Assembly (NCBI GenBank): GCA_963764925.1
Contig: CAVXUR010000008.1
Span: 147,624-211,623, forward strand
Length of the DNA: 64,000 nucleotides
Direction: 5' to 3'
Source: an uncultured Acidobacteriota bacterium
GTDB lineage: Bacteria > Acidobacteriota > Vicinamibacteria > Vicinamibacterales > 2-12-FULL-66-21
In this document: one piece after another, positions 45,795-55,656 of the stretch
How the letters are laid out: every line of letters starts with the position of its first letter
How positions within the stretch are numbered: position 1 is the first letter of the stretch
Translations under genes and position numbers: made by a program
The notes under the pieces: generated by a model
What the model was told of the DNA's origin: nothing
The model's database searches: none
What the model saw: only the letters and a program-made list of their open reading frames with translations

Positions 45795-48700
45795 CTAGCG
45801 GATCGTCAGGCGAACGACGGTCGGCGCGACGAAACCGCCAGTGACGTTGCTCCAGGGGAATGCCGCCAGATCGTAGTTGCCGTGCGGGAGCCCCTGCACG
45901 ACCAGGCTGAAGCCGGAAGCGATGAACCGGTCGCCGTGCGACGCGCCGATATCCGGCCGCGCGCCACCGTAGATCGGCGTCCCAAGGAATACCGGCGGTC
46001 CACCGGTCAGAGGATACGCCCAGACGTGAATCGTATCGATGCCGGGCCCCGCGTCCGAGTCCAGATCTGCCGCCCAGCCCGTCACAGCGAACGGCTGCGC
46101 GACGTCCTGCTGTAAACGAGGTGCGTCGATGACGAGGTGAGGTCCCGCGAGCGCCGTACTTTTTGGTTGAAGGACGATCCGTACTTCCCGGCGGCCGGTC
46201 GCCGTCCCGTTGGCCCAGCTCACGAACACGAGATCGTAGGTCCCGACAAACCCGGCGCCCGGAGCCCAGGTGAACTCACCGGTGACTTCGTCGAGACCCG
46301 ACCCGCTCGGCAGGGGCGCGAGTTCTGCGCCCGCGCGCAGATAGCCCGTGTAGCGCTCGGTACCAGATTCGCCCAACGAGAGCTCGACGCGATCGACTTC
46401 CTCGGCGCGGACCACGAACCGCCCCGCGCGATTCGGCTCGTACGACTTCCGCGTACCCTGGAGGTTCCATCCGCGACGTCCTCGGATCGCTGTCGGATCG
46501 AGTGGCACAGCCGCAATCGCCTCAGCCGAAGGACGCGCCTCAATCGATGCTTCGGTTGCGGCAGTTACCGCACTGGCGCCATTCGACACCCTGAAGAATC
46601 GACTGCCGATTCCTTCGGTGACACCTCGATCGTCGACCACGACCCAGGAGATGGTGTGCAGCCCGTTCGACAGTGTCGTCGTGTCGATCGTGCGGAACCC
46701 AATCGCGCCGTTGGTGCCAGCGGTGTTGCGAAAACCTGGAAACAGGGACTCGATATCCGGCCGTTCGTGGTTGTAGTCCACTGTGCCGCGGGTCACGCCG
46801 TCCACGAGGACCGTGATCGTCGATCCGTCGATCGGGATGATCTTTCCCGGGAGCGTGGACCCGAGCGGCGTCAACGCCCATCCGAAGTTCACGTAGTTGG
46901 CGCCCGAGACGACGCCACCCTGTTCGGGCGTATCGATCGTGCCGAACGGCTTGGTCGCGTGCGCGTTGTCGCACGTGAGCGTTCGGGTGCCGAGCAGCGT
47001 GAAACGCGCCTCGCGGTCCTGCGCATACATTGAGAACTGGTACGTCCCGTTGCCCTGATTCGGCAACATGTTGGTGAGGACCATGAAGCCCCAACCGGCA
47101 CGGTTGTTCAGGGGATATCCGGGGTAAGCCACTTGAACGTCTGGGCGTGCGCCGTCGATGAAAATCGCCGATCCCACATAGATCTGTGGGATCCCGGGAC
47201 AGAATTCGTTCGGCGGGGCAGACTCCCCGCTGACGGGGGCGCGGCAGATGTTGACGCGCCTCGCCTCGATGTCGTCGAGCGCCCAACCGGTGAACGGCAC
47301 CGCCCCAGTCACGCCGGTGGTGTTGTCGAGGGGCGTATCCACTGTGCCGATCGGCGCAGCCGACAGGCCAAGCAGACTGAGAGTCAGACGCACTGAGACG
47401 GGGCCCGGAGCGTTCGATGCTCCGTTGAAGGTAAAGATGATCGCGCCGTCTACGACGCCGGCCGAGGGCGCCGTCGCGATTTGGTATCACCGACACTGAC
47501 AGCTCGGCCGGTCCCGTACCTGACGCGGGCGTGACGACCAGCCATGGCCGGGTCGAGGTCGCCGTCCACGTCACCGACCCCATGCCGCTCTGCGTGAGGC
47601 GGACCATTTGCGTGGACGTCCGATAGGTGAAGCTCGCGCCTGAGGTGACTGCGCCAAACCGCAGCGACGTCTTGTCGAGTGTCATGGTCGGGCCGCTGGT
47701 CGGGGCAGCCGGATAGACGACATTGAGGCCGACGAGGTCGTCTGGACCGAGCGCTGGAGGGATCGGCGTGTTTCCGAAGCAACAGGTGTAATACATCAGG
47801 TTCGACGTCGGGTTGGGAACGGCACCATCGGTCTGCGTGTGACCAAACCCGATCGTGTGGCCGATTTCATGCGTCAGGACACGGGTGAAGTCGAGCGACT
47901 GCCTGAACGATGGCGGTAGGTCCGCCGTCTTCTGAAACACCACGAACGCAGAATCAAAACCGTCGTAGACCGTTCCGCCAACTGTCCCCCCAGTGCCGAC
48001 GCTCACTCCACCGCCGCCGAATGCGAGCACGGACATGGGAATGTCCTCGTTCGGATCTTCGAACGTGATCAGCGCGCTTCTGGGAGGAATCGTGCTCCAC
48101 ATGCCCTCGACGTTCGACTCGAGCGCGGTTCCGCCGTACTGAAGGATGATCGAAGCCGACGATGGACTCGTCCAGGCGGCGAGCGCGGTGTTGATTTCAG
48201 CGACCGCATCTCCCGAGAGTAGCGGCGGCTGCGCGCTCGTGTTCTTGAAGTAGACCACCGGCACGCCGAGATCGGCCTCCCGCCAGCGCCATCCCGGCTC
48301 TCCGACAATCTTGGTGAAAGGCTGCGCGACACTCGTAGGCCGCTGGCTCGCTGATTCAACGACGCGGGAAGGCCGCCCGAGCACCTCCGCCGCGAGCCGC
48401 CGGAACTCCGAGAGCGATCGTTCGCGCGCTGGTGGCGCGCCGCCGACAATCATCGTGTCGCGGACGTTTCGGACGAGCGCGGCGTCGCCGCCGACGGTTC
48501 TCGCCACGTCGAACTTCGAAAAACCCATCGCGACGCTGCGCAGTCCTTGACGTCCGCGCTCGAGACAGACCAGCACTTCCTCGCCGATGCGATACTCGAC
48601 GCGACCACCGATGTACAGTGACTCGCCATCGAGCGTGCCTCCGAGCTCCCACACTTCGATGACGCTACCCTCGCGATCGGTGAAATCCTCAAGCACCGAC

Positions 48701-48915
48701 AACGTCGTCACGGTGTAGATTCTTCGGTCTGGTGTGGCCGCGCGGGTTGATCGCTGCGCGATGACCCGCGCATGCACGACGCGCTCGGACAACGCGACCA
48801 GCTCGGCGTCGGTGCGAAAGACGATGGTAGACGCCACAGCGGGATGTGGCATTCCTGCCAAACACGCCAGGAGCACGAGAATTGTCAAACTGCGAAAGCA
48901 TGAGTACGGGGACAC
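45795..48915 (-). CDS. island protein B: secreted matrixin-like zinc protease with three GWA...RPDV modules (one frame disruption ~47461)
   Basis: ORF 46540..49083 joins ORF 45795..47393. The likely GTG start at 48915 gives (M)SPYSCFRSLTILVLLACLAGMPHPAVAS. The catalytic motif is LTHEIGHTIGFGHTQTDGA...SNLMYYTCC. The protein ends ...GLPHGNYDLAAFPWSNVTGGFVAPTVVRLTIR. Confidence 0.82.
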
Positions 48916-49022
48916 CACGCAGGCGGTCACAGCAAAATGAGGGCCACTCAAAGACTGGCGAGAAAACACGCAGTCCCGGCTTGGGATGACGGCCGCGGGA
49001 CGCGCGGCGGGTAATCTCTTAC

Positions 49023-52000
49023 CTACCGAACGGTGACATGCACGATCTGCGGTGGAGCGAACGCGCCGGTAACGTTGCTCCACGGGAACACCGCCAGATC
49101 GTAGATCCCGGCGTCAGCCCCTGAACGGGCAGCGTGAAGCCGGCCGCGCGGAACTGGTCCCCGTGAATGGCCGCGACATCCGGACGCGCGCCCCCGAGGA
49201 TCGGCGTGCCCAGAAACACCGGCGCGCCGCCCGCCAGTGGATACGCCCACACGTGCAGCGTGTCGATTCCCGTTCCCGTCGCGGCGTCCAGATCGGCCGC
49301 CCACCCGGCCAGCACGAACGGCTGCCCGACGTCTTGTTGCGAGCGCGGGGTGTCGATCGCCACCTGCACGCCGACGTGCCCGCGGCCCTTCGGCGCGAGA
49401 ATGATCCGCACCTCGTGCCGCGCCACCGGCCGCATCCCGGACCAGCGCACGAACACCAGGTCGTACGGTCCCACGAACCCCACGCCTGGCGCCCAGGTGA
49501 ACCAGCCTGTCGCCGCGTCCAGCTGTGAGCCGACCGGCAGCGGCACGAAGCCGTCGCCCACGCGCAGGTGCCCCGTGTAGTGCGCCTCCGGCTGCGCCCC
49601 CAGCCACACTTCGAAGCGATCGATCTCTTCGCCGCGAATCACCGCGCGCCCACTGCTCCCGACTCCGTACCACCGCCACGGCGCCTCGAGATCCCAGCCG
49701 CGCCGGCCCAGCACCGGCGTTTCGGCGCGCGCGGCCGTCGCGACGTCGGTCGCGACGCGTGGTCGTCACGGGCGCCGCCGTGATCGCAGAGGCGCCGTTC
49801 GACACGGTGAAGAACCGGCTGCCGATCCCCTCGATCGCGCCTTGATTGTCAACAACCGTCCACGAGATCGTGTGCGCCCCGTTTGTCAACGTGGTCGTGT
49901 CGATCACCCGAAACCCGATCGCCCCGTTCGTATTATTGAGCCCGGGGAACAACCCCTGAATGTCCGGCCGGGGGTGGTTGTAGTCAACGGTCCCGATCGA
50001 TGCCCCGTCCACAACGACCGTGATCGTCGAGCCGTTGGTCGGAATCGTCTTCGGCAAGCGGCGTGAGCGCCCACCCAAAATTGACGAAGGTTCGAGCCCG
50101 AGGCGATCCCGCCCTGCGTCGGCGTATCGATCGCGCCAAACGGCTTCGTCGCGTGCGCGTTGTCGCAGGTAATCGTACGCGTACCCAAGAGCTGCCGGTT
50201 CCCTTCTCGGTCCTGCAGCCCAGATGTAGAAGACGAACGTCCCGTTGCCCTGACTCGGTAGCATGTTCGTCAGCACCATGAACCCCCAGCCCGCGCGGGT
50301 GTTCAAAGGGATCTCGGGATAGGCAGCGGCGACATCCGGCCGCGCGAGGTCAATGAACACCGGGAACCCGACAAAGATCTGTGCTTGACCCGCGCAGTTC
50401 GGATCGACGGGCGCGACCTCTGCGCCGACCGCGCCTCGACAGATCATCACGCGCGTCAATTCCACATCGTCGATCGCCCAACCGGTGAAGGGCACGGCGC
50501 CGGTGATCCCGGTGGCACGATCAATGGGGGTGTCGACGAATCCGATGGGTGCTGTCGTCCCACTGAGCATGTTCAGCTTGATCGCGATCGGTCCCGGGCT
50601 GTTGGCGGCGCCACTGAACGTCAACGACACGGCCGCATTGAGCGACCCGGAAGACGGCAGCCCGCTCGTGAACGTCAGCCCGATCGACAGCGTCGCCGAT
50701 CCAGTGCCCGAGGCTGGTGTGACCTGCAGCCACGGCTGATTCGACGTGGCCGTCCAGGTGACGTTGCCGTTCCCGGTCTGCGTCAGCCGCACGGCTTGCG
50801 CCGAGGTTTTGAACAGAAACGTCGTGCCCGATGTGACGGCGCCAAAGACCAAGGCCGTCTTGTCGAGCGCCATCGTCGGGGCGATCGTGAATGGCAGCGC
50901 GTTGGACGTCCCAGTGCCAGGTGCCGGATTGACGACGGTTACGCTGGCGATCCCGGTGGTCGCGATGTCGCTGGCGGGAATGACGGCTTGGAGCTGTCCT
51001 TGATTGACAAAGGTCGTCGGGCGAGCCGCTCCATTCCAGCGAATCTGGGAGCCGTTCACGAAGTGGCTGCCAGTGACCGTGAGGGTGAAGCCCGCGCCAC
51101 CTACCGCAGCGCTGGATGGCGATAGGCTGGTCAGTACCGGCACCGGGTTAGCGCGGTACACGCCCCAACGACCGTCGGCAAGCTGCGCCCAGAAGGCAAT
51201 CTGCCCATAGTTGTTGAGTGACTCCTCCCACAGATACCCGGTCTGGAAGGTCGAGCCGTCGAGCGGGTCGCCAAAACCAATGACTCGTTTGTCGATCGAT
51301 CCGGGTTGGCCGACGTACAGGCCCTCGCCCGCTGCGCTACCTCCCGACGTGTTCTTCCGATACGCGATCGCGCCCGAGTCGTTGATGGCAAGTCGGTCAA
51401 TTGGATTCGTACCGACGAGGGTGACTGACACACCGTCCGACGTGGTGTAGGCGTGCGCTCCGATCCCACCAACACTTCCGACAAACGCGACTGTCCCTGA
51501 ATTGTTGATGACGGGCCGAACGAGAGAAATTCCAACCGTTCCACCTGCAACCACGCTCCCGGTCTCGATCAGAGGCACGGCCGATCCGCGGTAGATGCCA
51601 GACGTTCCGGCGGCCAGCGCGAGAAAGGCGACTGTCAGGCTGTCATTCATGCTGACCGGGGAAATGAGCGTCAACGGAGGATCGGTGGATGGGTTGTAGA
51701 CGATTGGACCCGCAGGTCCGCACTGCAATGCCGTTTCCTTGGGCCGTCATGAACACTGCGCTGCCGCTGTTACTGAGGGAAGGCAGATGGGTCGTGGGGC
51801 CATACAGGAACGGTGTCACGTCCGAACGTGCCAGTGTTGTCAGCGTTCCCACCGCTGTTCTTCACGAGCCTCACACACTGGACCCGGGGCTCAGCGGGGT
51901 GAGATAGGCAGTCTCGTCAGAATCATTGATCGAGGCGCACAGTGCTGGCGAGGCTCGTCTCGACCTGAGTGAACGACTGACCGTTCCCGCGCCAGAGTTG

Positions 52001-52240
52001 GTAGAAACTTGATCCGGCGGGGGCAAAGACCACGATTACAGTGCCCAGACCGCTGATGCCGACGCAATGCACGCCGCCCAGGCCCGCATCGTTGTGCAGG
52101 GTGTCCGCGATCCTGGTGAACGAGTACGGGATCCCTTGAGCGCGCGCGCCGGTCGGCACCACTACGACGAGCGACAAAGCGACCAGTAATTTGGCGCCGA
52201 GCCGCGCGATAGTGCCAGCCCAATTCGATGTGTCACGCAC
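49023..52240 (-). pseudogene. island protein C: NxxGxxAF-repeat region, IPT/TIG domain, BACON-like domain and three GWA...RPDV modules, with 8 or more frame disruptions
   Basis: The fragments are 51923..52240 (signal LLVALSLVVVVPTGARAQG), 51643..51852, 49023..51728, 49904..50188 and 49019..49714. The repeats are INDSDETAY, LSNSGSAVF, MNDSLTVAF, INNSGTVAF, INDSGAIAY and LNNYGQIAF. The IPT-like stretch is PVLTSLSPSSAAVGGAGFTLTVTGSHF. There is no HExxH motif. Confidence 0.72.
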
Positions 52241-52556
52241 GCGACGCCTCCCGAGATGGGCCGACTACTCACGGCGCGACGCAAAGTGGTGGCGCAGGCC
52301 GTGCTGCCACACGCGGCAGTCGCCCGTTAGAACACGTCCGAACCCGATGATGAAACTGGACGACGGAAGGAAAGAGGCGGCAACAATAACACCGACCGCG
52401 TGCGAAAATCGGCCGGTCGATCGAAAGAATAATTTACGGGCCGAGATCGGATCGCGAGGAAAGTCTCCGCATGCTGAACTTCTCGAGGCCAGCGTGCAGC
52501 GAAGTTCACAGCGACGAAGACTTTCTGGCTGATTCAACCCTTCCTGGTGTGAGCCG

Positions 52557-55500
52557 TTACGGCCGGATCGTCACGTGCACGATCTTCGGTGGAGCGAAGG
52601 CGCCCGTGACATTGCTCCACGGGAACACCGCCAGATCGTAGATCCCTGGCGTCAGCCCCTGCACCGCGAGCGTGAACCCCGTGGCGCGGAACTGGTCCCC
52701 ATGAATGGCGGCGACATCCGGACGCGCGCCGCCGAGCGTCGGCGTCCCCAGAAACACCGGCGCGCCGCCCGCCAACGGATACGCCCACGACGTGCAGCGT
52801 GTCGATTCCCGTGCCCGTCGCCGCGTCCAGATCCGCCGCCCACCCGGCCAGCACGAACGGCTGCCCGACATCCTGTTGCGATCGCGGCGTGTCGATCGCC
52901 ACCTGCGCGCCCGACGTGCCCACGCCCCTTCGGCGCGAGGATCGCGCGCACCTCGTGCCGTGACACCGCGCCGCGCCCCGGCCCACCGCACGAACACCAG
53001 GTCGTAGCGTCCGACGAAGCCGACGCCTGGCGCCCACGTGAACCACCCCGTCGCCGCATCGAGCTGTGAGCCGACTGGCAACGGCGCGAATCCGTCGCCC
53101 ACGCGCAGGTGCCCCGTGTAGTGCGCCTCCGGCTGCGCGCCCAGCCACACTTCGAAGCGATCGATCTCTTCGCCACGAATCACGGCCCGCCCGCTGCCGC
53201 CAACCCCGTACCACCGCCACGGCGCCTCGAGATCCCAGCCGCGTCGGCCCAGCACCGGCGTTTCGGCGCGCGCGGCCGTCGCGATCTCGGTCGCACGCGT
53301 GGTCGTCACTGGCGCAGCCGTCAGCGCGCCCGCGCCGTTCGACACGGTGAAGTACCGGCTGCCGATCCCGTCGATCGCCCCCTGATTGTCGACGACTGTC
53401 CACGAGATCGTGTGCAGCCCGTTCGTCAGCGCCGTCGTATCGATAACCCGGAACCCAACGGCGCCGTTCGTTCCGGCGGTATTCTGGAACCCTGGGAACA
53501 GCGTCTCGATGTCCGGGCGTTCGTGGTTGTAGTTCACGGTCCCGATCGACGCCCCATCCACCAGCACGCTGATCGTCGACCCGTTAATCGGAATCAGCTT
53601 CGGCTGCGGCGTCAGTGCCCACCCGAAGTTCACAAAACTCGAGCCGGAGGCGACGCCGCCCTGCGTCGGCGTGTCGATCGCGCCGAACGGTTTCGTCGCG
53701 CTCGCATTTGCGCACGTCATCGTCCGAGTCCCGAGCAACCGGGTGTGCCCATCCCGGTCCTGCGCATACATGAAGAACAAATACGTCCCGTTGCCTTGCG
53801 CGGGCAGCATATTGGTCAGGACCATGAATCCCCACCCGGCCCTGGTGTTCACAGGCATCATGGGATAGGCCGCCTGGACGTCGGGCCGCGCGCCGTCGAT
53901 GAACACGGCGAAGCCCACGAACATCTGCGCGGCCCCTGCGCAGTTCGGATCCACCGGCGCCACTTCCGTCCCGAAGGCCGCCCGGCAGATCATCACCCGC
54001 GATACCTCGATGTCATCGAGCGCCCACCCGGTGAACGGCACGGCGCCAGTCACACCGGTCGCGTTCTCCAATGGCGTGTCTACGACGCCTTCCGGTGGCG
54101 CCGAGGTCCCGTTGAAAAAGAGCGAGAGGGTCACGTTGATCGGGCCTGGCGAGTTGGACGCGCCGACGAGCGTCAGAGTGATCGTCCCCGCCATGACCCC
54201 GCCCGTCGGCAGCCCGCCGACCGATACCACACTGAGCGACAGGTTGGCGGGCCCGCTCCCTGACGAGGGCGTCACCTGGAGCCAGGGGTCACTCGAGGTG
54301 GCCGTCCATGTCACTGTGCCTGCTCCGGCCCTGGTCAGGCGGACAATCTGCGGCGCCGTCTGCGAGAGAAACGCGGCCCCGTTGGTCACCGCCCCGAATC
54401 GAATCGACGTCTTATCGAGCGACATCATCGGGCCCGAGGGGTTCGACGGGTAGATGAAGCCGAGGCCCTCGAGGTCGTCGGGCCCGATCGCCGGTGGGAC
54501 TGGGCTCTGCGGGGCGCAGCACGACGAGTTCATGATGTTCGCTTCGGGATCGGGTTCCGGCGGGACTGAATCGTCAGTGTGATCCAACCCGATCGCGTGC
54601 CCGATCTCGTGCGCCAGCACACGCGTGAAGTTTGGCGGCGTCCTGAAGTCAGGGTCCAGCGTCGCCGCGTTGTCGAAGATCACATACCCGCGAGTGAAGT
54701 TGGTGAAGACGGTGCTGTTGACCGTCGAGTTGGTGCACCCCGGTCACACGCGCCGCCCCCAATCGCCAGGACGGGGTCGTTGATCTCGTTGTTGGGATCT
54801 TCGAAGGTGATGACGCCACCGGTGAAGCCATTCCTGGGATCTGGCTGCGTCGTCGTCCCGGCGAACTGCAGGATAAGCGACGCGCTCGGCGGGTTGGTCC
54901 ACGCGGCGAGAGCGACGCCGATCTCGGTGTCGATGTCGCCGGACGTCAGCGGCGAGGTCGCCGTGAGGTTACGCCGCCACGCTACCGGCGTCGCAGTGTC
55001 GGCCTCCGCCCACCTGAAGTTACTTAGCAACGTGAACGGGGCTTCCACGCTCTGAGGGCGGTCGCCGGCCTCTCGCTGCACTCGGCGCGAGCGGCGCCCC
55101 GTGACTTGCTCGGCGAGCCGGCGGAACTCCGCCAGGCTCCGGTTGGTATTCTGTGCCGGCGCGCCAACGACGAGCGTCTCGCGCAGGTTGCGCACCAGCG
55201 ACTCCTCGCCCGCGCTCGTCCGACGCACATCAAACTTCGAGAACCTCATGGCGACGCTGCGCAGGCCCTGGGTACCTCGTCCGAGGCAGACGATGACCTC
55301 ACGACCGATCTCGTAGGTGACCTGGCCACCTACGTACTCCGCGCTGTCACCGATGACGCCGCCCATTTCCCACACCTCGACACGATCCCCCGCCCGTCCG
55401 GTCAGATCCTCCAGGACCTCGAGCGTCGTCACCGTATAGATGCGGTCGAGATTAGGGCCTCCCCACACCGTTCGTTGCGCGATCACTCGGGCATGCACAA

Positions 55501-55654
55501 CCCGTTCGGACAGAGCGATGAGCTCCGCGTCGGTGCGATAACGAATGGTAGATGCCAGCAGGGGTTGCGCGACGAGCGCGAATGCCAACGCGAGGACGAG
55601 CGTGCAGATCCTGCGTAAGGGCAGATTACTCACCTCACCGCCTTCGGTGCACAT
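52557..55654 (-). pseudogene. island protein D: secreted matrixin-like zinc protease with three GWA...RPDV modules (about 4 frame disruptions)
   Basis: ORFs 54680..55654 and 52557..54683 form the body, with the tail pieces in 52652..53176 and 52534..53403. The signal peptide is MCTEGGEVSNLPLRRICTLVLALAFALVAQPLLAS. The catalytic motif is LAHEIGHAIGLDHTDDS...ANIMNSSCC. Switch points are ~54745, ~52985, ~52915 and ~52795. Its start lies 2 nt after the stop of protein E. Confidence 0.8.
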
Positions 55655-55656
55655 GT

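Noticed and set aside
52241-52556. Small ORFs (52191..52532 +, 52265..52537 -, 52327..52509 -) in the gap between island genes C and D
   Set aside because: This region is locally lower in GC and has no recognisable protein features or ribosome-binding context. It is more plausibly the promoter or leader region of gene C, and I could not support any specific element.
7855-54745. Programmed ribosomal frameshifting or transcriptional slippage as an explanation for the split genes
   Set aside because: No shared slippery heptamer or downstream structure is present at the switch sites. The sites occur in unrelated genes, including essential ones, and at non-conserved positions. Sequencing error or decay is far more likely.
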